A stretch of DNA of 64,000 nucleotides from the NCBI GenBank assembly GCA_964016885.1, contig OZ024741.1, forward strand, positions 60,698,001-60,762,000, in the 5' to 3' direction. Positions 18,322 to 35,951 of this stretch are shown piece after piece; the stretch's first letter is position 1, and each line of letters opens with the position of its first letter. A program made the position numbers and the translations under genes. Below the pieces are notes generated by a model that did not search any database, was not told where the DNA came from, and saw nothing but the letters and a program-made list of their open reading frames with translations. This DNA comes from Eledone cirrhosa (taxonomy: Eukaryota).

Positions 18322-18770
18322 AATTCATCAGATAAAATATATACTATTTCTTCTTCTAATTAGCATAATTAACCATATAAAAAATCAATTAGATCAAGCT
18401 ATAAGAAGAAAGGCTCTTATGGAGAAATCTCCGACAAATAACCGAAAGTGGCCTCTTCGCGGTGGCCCCAATAGAGTATTTATCCAACATTTCGACAGCA
18501 TGTAGAAACTGACTAAATATACCATCAACCATACACAATTAGGTGTAAAATTAAACTTAGAAGAAATGTGTACATACCGTAATTATATCTCTACCATGGT
18601 TTCATTTCGGTTATTTGTCGGAGTTTTTATCATAAGAGCCTTTCTTCTTACAGCTTGGTCTAATTGATTTTTTATATGGTTAATTATGCTAATTAGAAGA
18701 GGAAATGGTATATATTTTATCTAATAATTCTAAGGACATGATTTATGATATATTGCTCTGATATATTGCC
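18322..18770. repeat. Foldback remnant (~125-bp arms), probable PLE pLTR family; related copy at 20250-20400
   Basis: 18330-18447 is the reverse complement of 18602-18722. Confidence 0.7.
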
Positions 18771-18826
18771 TAAAAGTGACCGGTTGCAGCATATATATCT
18801 ATAACTTTATGTATATGTAAACCATT

Positions 18827-20102
<1,276 letters not shown>

Positions 20103-20136
20103 CACATATATATATATATATATATATACGTATATA

Positions 20137-20210
<74 letters not shown>

Positions 20211-20531
20211 TATACATATATATATACATATATATATATATACATATATCATAAATCATGTCTAAAGAATCAATCAGATATTAAAATATATACAATTTCT
20301 TCCTCTAATTAGCATAATTAACCATATACAAAATCAAATCTAGCAAGCATTAAGAATAAATTTTCTTACGGGGAAATCCCTGACAAACAATCGATCGTAG
20401 CCTCTTATTTGATCGGATTCCGCATTCTGGACGACCGGCTGAAGTTGAAGGAACAGAATAGCGGTCGCCCTCGGGTCCCCGATTTTCAGCCCCATGGATT
20501 TTATCTATTACATTCACGTATTATATTTCGA

Positions 20532-20589
20532 ATACCTGATGATATCACCGGATTCATACGGAACCCGGTCATTGAAATGATCATAGTAT
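20532..20589 (+). ncRNA. Type I hammerhead ribozyme motif
   Basis: atac-CTGATGA-tatcaccgg..ccggtcatt-GAAA-tgatca (palindrome)-TA|gtat. Confidence 0.75.
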
Positions 20590-20637
20590 AATAAACCTTT
20601 CAAGGATTTACACAAATCCAGCCTCCTGTCATTTCAT

Positions 20638-20670
<33 letters not shown>

Positions 20671-20671
<1 letters not shown>

Positions 20672-21107
20672 GATATTAAACAAATGGAAACTATATTTAT
20701 AAAACCATACTTATTTCATTATACATATTTCAGGGATACCATATTAAAAATATGGCATGCCTTCGTCAGATAAAATACAATATATAAACAGTTTTATAAA
20801 TAATTTTGACGTACCATAATATAAGCGACCATTAAATTAGGAGGCTGCCTCTAATTTAATGGTCGCTTATATTATGGTACGTCAAAATTATTTATAAAAC
20901 TGTTTATATATTGTATTTTATCTGACGAAGGGATGCCATATTTTTAATATGGTATCCCTGAAATATGTATAATGAAATAAATATGGTTTTATAAATATAG
21001 TTTCCATTTGTTTAATATCGTATATCTACTCCAAAAACTTGTCGAGTGCTTTATATCAGTTATAAAATATTTACTTGTTGTAACCCAACAATTTTAAATA
21101 AAACTCT

Positions 21108-21110
<3 letters not shown>
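20671..21110 (+). mobile_element. Family-A pLTR foldback (350-bp palindrome plus 90-bp extension) with HHRs at 20712-20777 (-) and 20914-20979 (+)
   Basis: Near-perfect inverted repeat centred on gaggctgcctc; CTGACGA-agggatgccatatt/aatatggtatccct-GAAA-tatgta-TA. Confidence 0.88.
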
Positions 21111-21143
<33 letters not shown>

Positions 21144-21782
21144 TTATAACCTCTGTATACTAGAGACCCACACTATTATCTTCTCTAACCGTAACCTACT
21201 TAACAAAAAATCTGAAGTGTTCGCAAATTGCCAGCACCGCTTCAGACATTCCTTCCAGAACTTTAAGCCCAATATATAGCAATGTCGGACTTGAACCAGA
21301 CACCACCTCTAGCATCAAACACCAGGGGTACACCTTATACCACATCCCCACACTCTTTGATCTACTATAACACTAATCGGGACATCCCTCTAGAACCCTT
21401 CACAGTAGGATTACCCCTTTGTACTTCTACTTCAGGTGAGACTACATCCAGTTGCTTGAACTGCACTACACCACTTTATAATTAATTAATGTAAAATTTA
21501 AGCATTGAATTGATTGTATTGTTGGTGCTATGCGGGTGAAGTGCCATCGTTGGATAAATGGAAGACTAATTAATCTAGTAACTTTGATGAGCTGTACGAC
21601 CTGTATGCTGAGTGCAGTGGTTGTATTGCAGGTGGCGTATGAGTTGTACATATATGTATGAATTGATGGTCAGATTAGTGACTTGAGGAGTGTGGATTGA
21701 CCTCTGGTCTACCCTAGTGATGATTATCTTTCGACATCCAATATAGCATGCACTGACCCGGAACTTACTAGGGATCATTATA

Positions 21783-22168
21783 TGTTGGTGGATTGGCAGT
21801 ATAGGTAGAGGGTCGGATGCCATGCTTAGCAGTATAGAGTTACGTCCCTTTGCGTTCTGAGTTCAAATCCCGCCAAGGGTCAACTTTGCCTTTCATCCTT
21901 ACAAGGTCGATAAAATAAAGTACCAGTAATGTACTGGGTAATTGCTGGCCTTGTACCAAAAGTAGAAACATTTATATGTTGGTGGATTGGCAGTATCGGT
22001 AGAGGGTCGGACGCCATGCTTTCTAGCATAGTTATGTCCCTTTATGATATGAGTTCAAATCCCGCCGAGGTTAACTTTGCCTTTCATCCTTACGGGGTCG
22101 ATAAAATAAAGTACCTGTTATGTACTGGGTAATTGCTGGCCTTGTGCCTAAAAGTAGAAACAATTATA
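21783..22168 (+). mobile_element. Two head-to-tail family-2 SINEs
   Basis: A-box-like tggattggcag, B box gagttcaaatcc, Meta-like core; ttatatg at all three junctions. Confidence 0.88.
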
Positions 22169-23093
22169 TGATGAAGTGATTCTATAATCACCCTGCCGAG
22201 TCCTATGAGTAGACTACAATCACAATGATCATTAATTTAGAAATCTCGCACGTCGTGTATAATATTCATTTGTGGCACTCTATGATGGAGGATAATCAAC
22301 ATAATAGGAACACCTTCAGCACAGCTTAATAGACTACATTATAGTTAAGACACTTTAAATTTTTAGAAACTGCGTATAACCCTATAAGTTAGGGACTATT
22401 TTGAGACACAATTTAATAGTTAGTAATAGAAACCACTGAGTTACCTCCCCTCATGCATTAACTCTCCTTAGCCACACCACACACTTCCGGGTAATATTGC
22501 AATGTCGATTCTCGCAACGTAACAACCTGCTGTATTGAGCTATAGACCATCAGACTTCGATTCTCTAACAGGATTGTCAAACGCCCAATATCGAATCGTC
22601 GTGGATTATGTGAGGGGCATATAGTCTGAAAAATACGATCCCCGGACTATGAAAATGTCGCAGTGCATGAAATCCATATCATCACTTCCCTACGCATTTC
22701 CAATATTTTTAATGCTTACATTATTTTTAATGCTTATTTATTTCTCCACGCACAGGCTATAACAATCATATAAAGAATTCATTCCCAGATCAACCCCCTT
22801 AACATTCTTGATCACCTGTTTAAGTGCTTCTATTACACATAAATCTCTGCCACACTATATAAACAAGACGCACGTGCTTGCCACACATATAACTATTGCA
22901 CTCTATAACCGCTTAATTTCATGTTGTATTTTAACCTGTATTTTTGATTGTATCTTTTAATATGAATCTAATCTCTAAATGTGTACTGCCACACTAAATG
23001 CTGTAATGAATGTTGACCCACAATATTTGCATATGTATCTGTATGTCTCTTTGGTGAAAAGGAGGTCATATAAGTGTTCATTCAATAATAAAT

Positions 23094-23140
23094 TGCTCCG
23101 AAGAATCCAAACCTCGGATTGGAGGAAACAGTTGTAAGCA
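23094..23140 (+). ncRNA. Hammerhead-like motif, CCGAAGA core (family D pLTR)
   Basis: tgct-CCGAAGA-atccaaacc/tc/ggattggag-GAAA-cagttg-TA|agca. Confidence 0.62.
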
Positions 23141-23315
23141 TAAAAATGTTTTGGAGAGTACTTTGATTCTTATAATTCATATAACTGCTCTGTAAATAAT
23201 CTGATGTCATTACATTGAGCTATTTAATTTACTGGTAATAAGGTAGTAATATATTACTGCCTACCACTATTTAGGGTTTGCAAAAATATATATAACTACA
23301 AAATGTTTTTGTAGG

Positions 23316-25305
<1,990 letters not shown>

Positions 25306-25306
25306 T

Positions 25307-28300
25307 TATTAAAATAACAGATTAAAGTTTAAGCAAAGAATCGCTGCTTTCACCCTTAACGGATCTTCTGAAACTAACAAAGTCAATCTGTAAACGCAGA
25401 AGTGGATATTTCAAGAAACGTTGCAACCGGAATAAGACAGGAAGACGATACTTTGGTTCGTGGAAACGTCGCTGGCAAAGAACGGGATAAAACGAATATA
25501 ATACGTCATTAATAGGAGCGGTGAAAAACTATTACGCGCAAAGACAGAACCACGTTTATGGTATAAAAGAGGTCGTAGAGTAATGTTGTCTTAGGTGGTT
25601 CATAGAGACGTTCTCTGGCAATGAACGAAAAAAACGAAGATAATACGTCATATGTGGCGCATGGAGAACAATAGCACGCAAAGACAAAACCACGTAAATG
25701 GTATAGCAGAAGTCGTGGACTAAAATTCTAACTAGGAGACCGAATGAATTTCCGCTACAGAGTTAAGAACAAAGTAAATAAATACAATACAGAAGTAATA
25801 GAAATAAATAAATACATCACGCAAACAAATACGTACATACACAAGCATACGCAAAATACTTACCATAAGTATACAAAACCACGCACATATAAATATGTGT
25901 GTGTGTGTATGCGTGTATACAAATAAATAAATAATTGTATAAACGTATATAAATAAATAAATACGTATATAACAAGCGCACACACATATGTAGATGTAAA
26001 TACACGGATGTTCGGAGACGAAGTCAACCAAAACATGAAGTACACATATACACACCCCTACATATGTACGAACTTGCATACTCACACAGACGCAAAACTC
26101 CCGTATACACATAGCCAAACCATACGTACCAGAATATTTAAAATTATACGCCATAACATAAACAATCAAATATACGTACGAGAAGGTATACGTACCTTCA
26201 CAAAACATACGGGTAATATATACTTACCTATGCAAATAAGTAATGGTATAAACAAAACATATACTTAGCTCCCACATCAAGACGTAAAATATCCACGTAT
26301 AGATCGTGCTATCCGTTAGGGTATAACGTGGGGCTGTAATACTGGAAAGTTTTGTGCAATTTATGTTTACAAGCCGAAATTGCCTCAGATTTTTTGTTTA
26401 AGATGTAGTCAGTGGCGTAGAGTATTTCCAGGGCCTCCGCGAAGCAGACGTCACGTGGTCTTTTATTTCCGTTATACGATCTAGCGCTAGCTAGGATCTG
26501 CCAGTGTAATTTATATTGGGCGTGGTTGTCTTTTAGACTCCAGATATAAGCTGAAAGTGACGTCATATTCCTTCTTAGAGAGTAACGAAAAGAATGGGTA
26601 TACATGTAAAGACGCTGCTTGAATCTATTGGCGGTTAACCCTATGTAGGCCCTACGGGACGTGGGTGTTACAACCTTACATTTGTAGACAATGTTACTAG
26701 AGAGGCATTTCCCGGATAGGGGGCAATCAACCAGATTCCTACAATTACAGTTAGTACTAACTACAGGGTTGCACGTGTTCCTACGGCTAGGTAGTTTAGC
26801 TAAATTTGAAGCTGTGATGTTATGTGCAAGGTTAGGAGTCGTAGAGTAAGAAATTTTAATAGTATTTCTATTAAAAATGTTACTATATTTATGTGTAGGG
26901 GGGAAATGCTTCGTAATAAGGGAAAGAAAGCTATTAGCTAATGGTGTGGCAACCTCCATATTATATGGTGGGTTATACCAACAAATGCGACGGGATCTAT
27001 TTCTTCTAGGTCTATTTTCGTACTCTGTATATGCTACCTTATCGACAAATCCACTTCGAGCAAGAGCTTCATTGTAATAAGTGGAATGGTCGTCGAAAAA
27101 TACGCTCGTTGGTGGAAAGACGGGAAAGCCTCAACGAAACGTTTCTCACCAGGTTCTTGGTTATGCTGGCAGGATGGTTGGAATGCTTACTTATGTAATT
27201 AAGCGTATCATTCGGCTTACTATACGGGTAATACAGCCCATTCAATAAATTGAGGGTAACGTCGAGGTAATTAACGACCGAGAGATTGGCCTCAACCTGT
27301 ATAGAGAGGTTGAAGCCTTTAAAGAAGGCAGTGAGTTATTTTCTGAACCTGTCGCAAGCACGAAGTCCGCACTTCGTCATGGTCAAAAGACCATCGTCAC
27401 GGTACAAACCACCACCCGCGTTGAGGAATTCGTCCTTGATAGAGAAAAGAAGGAAAAAGCCGATAAGATCAGTAACCTCCCCAGAATCACTGGCGCCCAT
27501 ACTCACGTCGAATGGGGTACTATTGGATTTTTTTATCCAAATAGAGTCGTCGAAATTAATCACCGACTTTCTGGCATTAAGGATGACATCAACTTCGAAA
27601 TCCTTAACAACTGTGAGTGTTTTAGCGAAATTGATAGCTCTAAGGAGAAGTGGTAAAGTGATGGAGGAGTAGTAATTGTTGATGTCGAATTGGATAAAAT
27701 GGCAATGTTCCTTGTTACATATGCCGTCGAATCAATCAATCACCGCGAAAGAATTGTTCCACAGTGCAAGAGGGGCCAAACTTCTAATTTCAGGTATAAT
27801 TCTATCAAGAATCGTTTTACTAAGTCTACCTAAATCGGACTTTGTAGGGTTAACTAGCCGAATAGAGGGGTTGTTCGGAAAATTGGATTTGTGATCCTTC
27901 AGGGTAAAGTGGGGAGAAATAGGGTCCAGAGGTTCGGTCCGGTCCAGGATGTTGAGATCAGATGTGATTTTAAACACAGCATCGTTGATTTCATTGATGA
28001 CGCACCGATTAGTTTTACGGTAATCCTTAGTTACAGCAATATGTAGTAGTTGATGGGAAGTACTGCGCTCCACTTGATATAGGTTGCCAGTTTTGTCAGA
28101 ATGGACGTGCACGGCATTAGAATCCTTAATAGAACAAATTATATTCTTCAGGTCTTGCTGGAAGGAATTGCTCCTATTCCGAAATTTGATACTCCGAATG
28201 AGTTCCAAGACATCATTTTCGAAGGGTAGCAATGCTGGGTTACACGGGGGTTATTATAGGTTTTAAATCCAAATGTATCCTGTTTGTTGTCTGCTTTTCG

Positions 28301-28566
28301 CGGGTTATCGAAATAAAAGGCACGCCAACGCAACCTTTTAATGAACGCGTCTGTTTTCTGTATCAGGAGTTTTAGGTATGTTTTCCTGCTTGGTACGGGT
28401 ATGTTCTTTGTAGAAATATTCAGATGTTGTTTCTGCATGATGAATATAAGTCAGTAGAGTGCTGAACCGAGGGAGGGAAATAAATATTTGCTGCTCTACG
28501 GTTCTTATATATTTGATAATGCTTATCGAGCCCTCTTTGGATTTTAGTCTTCAAATTTATTATTAT

Positions 28567-28570
<4 letters not shown>
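25307..28570 (-). mobile_element. Near full-length decayed Penelope-like element (family G)
   Basis: Minus-strand ORF remnants span 26309-28438; both terminal sequences reappear at 9882-10043. Confidence 0.88.
26309..28438 (-). pseudogene. PLE RT plus GIY-YIG ORF with frameshifts and stops
   Basis: STKNIPVPSRKTYLKLLIQKTDAFIKRLRWRAFYF, FENDVLEL, TLKDHK..IRLVNPTKSDLG, FDVSMGASDSGEVTDLIG, GLYRDDGLL, CNCRNLVDCPL, NIVY..YIGLT, CKH. Confidence 0.9.
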
Positions 28571-29313
<743 letters not shown>

Positions 29314-29681
29314 TGTATATATATATAAAGAAGACAAAATAAACAAACAAGCAAATAAATAAATAAATATATAAACAGACTGAATAAAAGATGGCGTAGT
29401 CATACAACACAACAGGAGGAAAAAATATAACACCACTGACGATGTTGCAGATGTGCAACGAAAGATTTATGTAAATTATGTAAACTATATATATGTGTTT
29501 GTGTCTATATTGTATCTGTATTATTTTTGACCGTCGGTCAGTCAATGGCAACATTGAGGACCGATTAAGTTAGATCGCAGATATAAAAGACAGCGAGAAG
29601 CGAAAACCAACCAAACAGTGAGTGTGTTCTGTTATTAATTCTGGCAATATTACACAAATATGATCCTCCCCAAGTATAACA
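29314..29681 (+). mobile_element. Solo-LTR-like unit containing an HHR motif (29434-29471)
   Basis: Related to 42873-43280 (atggcgtag; 3' end cctccc..aagtataaca); ca-CTGACGA-t-gttgca/gatg/tgcaac-GAAA-gatt-TA|tg. Confidence 0.5.
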
Positions 29682-29741
29682 ATATTTGTTTCGACACACG
29701 ATTTCATATAAAAAACCTCGCTAAATTAATTCATCGCCGCT

Positions 29742-29884
<143 letters not shown>

Positions 29885-29934
29885 CATACATACATACATA
29901 CATACATACATACATACATACATACATACATACA

Positions 29935-29999
<65 letters not shown>

Positions 30000-30112
30000 A
30001 TCTGACTGATTAGCCAGTCTGCTAATATGCAGTTCATGCTGATCAGTTACTGTATATTTGAGAATATATCATGTATTTTCACTATCTCTGAGAGTTGGTA
30101 GGTGAGAAGTAA

Positions 30113-30159
30113 ACTGCACTGATGAAGGGTAATCAACCAGAAACATTAGTGTCTGCAGT
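30113..30159 (+). ncRNA. Type I hammerhead ribozyme motif in a ~200-bp repeat (29995-30195; inverted homolog at ~10410-10593)
   Basis: actgca-CTGATGA-agggt..acca-GAAA-cattagtg-TC|tgcagt; the homolog at ~10445-10478 has lost stem II. Confidence 0.78.
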
Positions 30160-30229
30160 GCGGTTTGCATGTCAACACATGAATGAGAATGAGTTTATAT
30201 ATATACGTATATATATATATATACACATA

Positions 30230-31070
30230 CGAGGGGTGGTCAGAAAAGTTCCAGGACTGATGTCACAAAAGATTTATTTCAAACCCAAACTTCACACTAA
30301 GAGTCTTCTCCTTCAAAGTAATCCCCCTGGAGTCTAATGCACTTTTCCACCCTTTCCTGCCACGTTTGCATGCACTCCTGGTAGGATTCTTCCGGGAACC
30401 TCCACAGTTCCGTCGTCACGGCCTTTTTGATGTCGTCCACGTCTTCAAAACGGGTCCTTTCCGGGTCGTACTCGAAGATCCATGACTCATCACCGGTGAT
30501 GAGTGTCTCTAGCAAGTCTGGTTCGGTTTCAAGACGCTCGAGGATGTCCTGGCACACTTGCATGCGACGACCCTTCTGGTCATCGTTCAGAAGTTTTGGC
30601 ACCATCTTCGCGCAGACTTTCCGCATGTCCACATCATCAGTGAGAATCTTCCAGACGCTGTCCCAGCTCATTTGCCATCAGTCGAACAGTCAGCCGACGA
30701 TCGCTACGCACCATCTGCCTGACACGTTCAACGTTGACCTCAGTCCTGGTTGTTTAGGGCCTTCCCCTCCTGGGGTCATCTTCCACCTCCTCGCGTCCGT
30801 CTTTAAACTTCTTGCTCCACTCAAAAACACGTGAGCGAGACAGCGTCCCATCTCCATACACTTGCTGCAGCAATCCCAGTGCTTCTGACAGAGTTTTCAA
30901 GTTTGTTCGTTGCTCTGTGCTCATTGCTTCACGACCTGAAACAGAGGACATGTATATAAAGTTATGATCGCTGTAGAGAGCTAAGATAACAGTTACATAT
31001 TCCAGGGGGATTACTTTGAAGGAGAAAACTCTTAGTGAAATCAGTCCTGGAACTTTTCTGACCCACCTCG
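30230..31070 (-). mobile_element. Internally deleted (non-autonomous) mariner transposon
   Basis: ~30-bp TIRs cgagg(gg)tggtcagaaaagttccaggactga with TA duplication; SRSRVFEWSKKFKDGREEVEDDPRRGRP, KVCAKMVPKLL, ITGDESWIFEYDPE joined directly to RFEDVDDIK..QGDYFEG, so the rest of the DD34D domain is missing. Confidence 0.93.
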
Positions 31071-31109
31071 TATATATTGGAAAATGTGTGTGATCCTTGG
31101 TAGAGTTAG

Positions 31110-31260
31110 GTATATTTGAAAAAAAGGAAAAGAATGACTTCACTTGTAGTTCTAAATAATTTGATTTAATTTTATAATATTATAATATTATGATATAATA
31201 TTAAATCAAATTATTTAGAACTACAAGTGAAGTCATTGTTTTCCTTTTTTTCAAATATAC
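31110..31260. repeat. ~150-bp palindrome (foldback remnant)
   Basis: gtatatttgaaaaaa..gacttcacttgtagttctaaataatttgatttaa and its reverse complement around an AT spacer. Confidence 0.85.
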
Positions 31261-31274
31261 ATATATATACATAA

Positions 31275-31376
<102 letters not shown>

Positions 31377-31506
31377 TTTGATTATATGTTGGTTGTTCAC
31401 CAACACCTTAGTGTGCAGATTGGAGCACTCGACGAAGGACGCTGGTTGGTTTGTTTACTCCGGAGTAATGTACATTTTGGCTTCGTTTATTATAAATTAT
31501 AGATAT

Positions 31507-31561
31507 ACTGCTATATACATTTCGGTGACAGCCATCATTAGCTGTGACCTCTTCAGGCAGT
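31507..31561 (-). ncRNA. Type I hammerhead ribozyme motif
   Basis: Minus strand: actgc-CTGAAGA-ggtcacagcta/atga/tggctgtcacc-GAAA-tgtata-TA|gcagt. Confidence 0.8.
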
Positions 31562-31887
31562 CCGAATCGGTGTGGGAGAGACAGGTACACAAGTTGTTTA
31601 AGTGTGTTTTACTCCGTCAGTACTCCGATATGTCCAGCTCCTCGTTGTGTTGTTATTTCTCTGAGGAACTGGAATCATGTGAATTAGAACAAACGAATTC
31701 CGGCGTCATAGGATACTCTCTCATCCCATTGGTCAGTTGTGAGAACATTCCTCAGTCAAAAGTCTATAGAAATTTGTCTGATGCAAGACAATCTGTTGTA
31801 GTAGTTTTTGTTTAAGTTCAGCTGACCTCCTCCATTGTGTTGGTAGTGGTAGTGGTCTTAAGGGATCAGCTGCCAGCTGACCCCTTA

Positions 31888-32125
31888 ACCCGGATGTACA
31901 GGGCAACACCACCATGATTTCTCTCCTTCCTGTCTGAACGAAATACAGTATGAACGAAATACACCTGACAAGCGGAATAGCATCTGCTATTCTGCTTTTC
32001 ATGTGCGTTTCGGTTAGTGTCATGCATATTGCTCGATTGCTTATGGTTAAGTCACTCGGGTAGGGTATTTTACTCATGTTAGTGAGTTTCACCAGGTCTC
32101 TGACATTCAACAGCAACACTGGTGT
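31888..32125 (-). pseudogene. LINE APE-endonuclease N-terminal fragment
   Basis: LLLNVRDL...AICMTLTETHM...(frameshift) RNHGGVALYIR. Confidence 0.6.
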
Positions 32126-32284
32126 GACATTTGGGGTGTCAACAATGGCTGTTGATGTGGCACCTGGCCTGGTGTCAGCGGCGGCCACCTTGTGTCCCTT
32201 CATTGTGGTGGTCTCAAGCTGTGGTGTGAGTAACCGTGGTCTGTATTTCATCTGTATTTGAAGTTTGTGTTAACGCGCGCGCGC

Positions 32285-32440
32285 TCGATGGCTTTGGTGG
32301 TCTCTTTATAGATGGTTATCTCAGCCAGTTCGGCTTTTACTGATTGTTGGGGAATGCAGAGTATTGCTGATTTCTGGATAATGTAGATAGCGCTGGAGAC
32401 GGCTTGGAAATGTTCTGTCCAACGGCTTATGAGGGAGGGG
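32285..32440 (-). pseudogene. RTE LINE ORF fragment
   Basis: LISRWTEHFQ..IPQQSVKAELAE..ETTKAI aligns with [33 protein letters not shown] of the intact RTE. Confidence 0.65.
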
Positions 32441-32473
32441 CGTCGCATATGCATAATAGAATAGTATATATAT

Positions 32474-32564
<91 letters not shown>

Positions 32565-32645
32565 GATAAGCAGAACAAGTAAAATTCAATCAATTTTTCA
32601 AAATACATTAAAAAATATAATATAAATATTTACCTCTTCTAGTGG

Positions 32646-32724
32646 CCCTTACTGATCAGTTTCGCTTTGTAAAACCTCATAAATCCGATGGATTCATGAT
32701 GGAAAACCAAAGCTCATCAGAGAA
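32646..32724 (-). ncRNA. Type I hammerhead ribozyme motif
   Basis: Minus strand: ttct-CTGATGA-gctttg..long hairpin..caaagc-GAAA-ctgatcag (palindrome)-TA|aggg. Confidence 0.8.
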
Positions 32725-32762
32725 GCATTTTCCCATCCTAGGGCTAAACGTCCCAGGAACGA

Positions 32763-33828
<1,066 letters not shown>

Positions 33829-33850
33829 AAAGACCCACTTAAAGATTAAG

Positions 33851-34294
33851 GTGGTAGAAAAGCCAGGAACCACCATAAAGTCCCTGATCAGCAAAACCTA
33901 CCCTTTTAAGAAAACCCATTGTACTAATAGGAAATGTATCATATGTAAGGTAAACCCCCGGATAAACTGTAAAACTAGAAATGTAGTCTATAGCATAAGA
34001 TGTACAGAGGGTACTTGCAGAAACATGACTACAACATACATAGGCGAGACAGCTCGTAGCATAGGTAAAAGGATAGACCAACACTGGGGGGAACTAAAAG
34101 GACGAAAAAACGGCACCGCGATAGGCACCGCGACCTCGTACAAACCACCTAATAAATTCTGTAACCTCTGTATACTAGAGACACACAATATTATCTTCTC
34201 CAACCGTAACCTACTTAACAAAAAATCTGAGGTGTTTGCAACTTGCCAGCACCGCCTCAGACATTCCTTCCAAAACTTTACGCCCTATATATAG
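33851..34294 (+). pseudogene. Chimeric PLE GIY-YIG fragment
   Basis: [41 protein letters not shown] fused in frame to family-[21 protein letters not shown]; the family-D UTR/pLTR follows to ~35820. Confidence 0.8.
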
Positions 34295-35734
34295 CAATGT
34301 CGGACTGGAACCTAACACCACATCTAGCATCAAACACCAGAGACACACCCTATACTACATACCCAACACTAGCTGATCCATTATAACACAAACAACGACA
34401 TCCCTCTGGAACCCTTCGCAGGGAAAATACCCATTTATACCTCTACGGCAGGTGTGACAACATCCACCCACTTGAACGGCTCTACACCGCTCTAAGAGTA
34501 ATTTGAGCATGAATTGATCGGTTGGATGGTGTTGGGCAGGGGAAACACCTTCCTTAGACAGATGTAAAATGATTTAATCGAGTAGCGCTGTTGACCAGTA
34601 GGACCGGGCTGCTGAGCGCAGTGAGTGAATGCAATGCTACTGCCGTGCGGGTTGTACGTATATGGATGATCTGACGGTCAGAGAGGGGTCGCGAGGACTG
34701 CGGATTGACCTTTGGCCTGCCTGGGGACGATTATCTTTCGACATCCAATGTAGCAAGTGATGACCCAGATCTTACCAGAGATCATTGGGTCCTGAAGCAA
34801 TCCTGCAATCACCGCGCCTGGTCATATGAGCAGACTACAACCACAGAGATCATTAATTTAGAATCCTCGCTCATCATCTATAATTTCCATTTGTAGCACC
34901 TTAAGATGGGTTAATCCACCATAATAATATGATCACCTTCAGCATAACTTAGTTAAACTACTCTATAGTTAATACACTTTATGCTTTAAAAGTCTCTCTT
35001 GGAAGGTGCACTTCACCATAGAATTTAGGGTCTATATTGGGACACATTTTAATGGCTAGATATAGAAACCCCAGAGTTACCTCCCCGCATGCATTAACTC
35101 CCCTTAGCCACACACACACTTCCGGTATTCAATGGCGTTTCTCGAAACGTAACAACCTCCTGTATCGAACTAAAGAACACCAGACTACGATCTCTAACTG
35201 GATTGTCGTGGATTATGTGAAAGGCATATAATCGAAATATACACTCCCTTGACCATGAAAATGCCGAAGTACATGAATTACTTGACATCCCTGCGCTGTG
35301 CATCTCCAATACTTATAACACTTTTAATGCTTGCACTATCTTTAATGCTTATAATATTTCTCCACACACAGACTATATCAATCATATAAAGATTTTGCCA
35401 CCAGATCTACCAACCTAACACTCTTATTTACCTACCTAAGTGCCTCTACCACACATATCTCTCTGCCACACTATATAAACAAGACGCACATGCGTGCCAC
35501 ACATATAACATTTGCACTATATAACCACTCATCTTCATGTTGTACTTTAACCTATATCTTTGATTTTTGATTGTACCTATTAATATAAATGTAATCTCGA
35601 AGTGTGTACTGCCACTCTAAATTCTGTAATGAATGTTGACCCACAATGTTTGAATATGTATCAATGTTTGAATATGTGTTGGTATGTCTCTCGGCTGAAA
35701 AGGAGGTCATATAACTGTCCATGCATTAATAAAT

Positions 35735-35781
35735 TGCTCCGAAGAATCCAAACCTCGGTTTGGAGGAAACAGCTGTAAGCA
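35735..35781 (+). ncRNA. Hammerhead-like motif, CCGAAGA core
   Basis: tgct-CCGAAGA-atccaaacc/tc/ggtttggag-GAAA-cagctg (palindrome)-TA|agca. Confidence 0.65.
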
Positions 35782-35893
35782 CAATAATGTTTTGAACAGT
35801 TCTTTGATTCTTATATTTCATATATATAAATATATATATATAAATATATATATATAAATATATATATAAATGTATATATATATAAATGTATAT

Positions 35894-35944
<51 letters not shown>

Positions 35945-35951
35945 AATATAA

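Larger units (their letters stand above)
21143..23190 (+). mobile_element. 5'-truncated family-D PLE (GIY-YIG C-terminus, 3' UTR, pLTR)
   Basis: [32 protein letters not shown] (21143-21279); the UTR is colinear with 34295-35820. Confidence 0.85.

Noticed and set aside
25335-25378. HHR-like CAGAAGA..GAAA on the minus strand in the family-G end (also 10005-10043)
   Set aside because: Core mismatch, weak stem II and no UH after a plausible stem III.
25462-25720. Diverged ~120-140-bp tandem duplication (similar small duplications at 50291-50385, 52385-52900 and 57307-57610)
   Set aside because: Ordinary local duplications inside UTR or intergenic DNA; no further structure seen.
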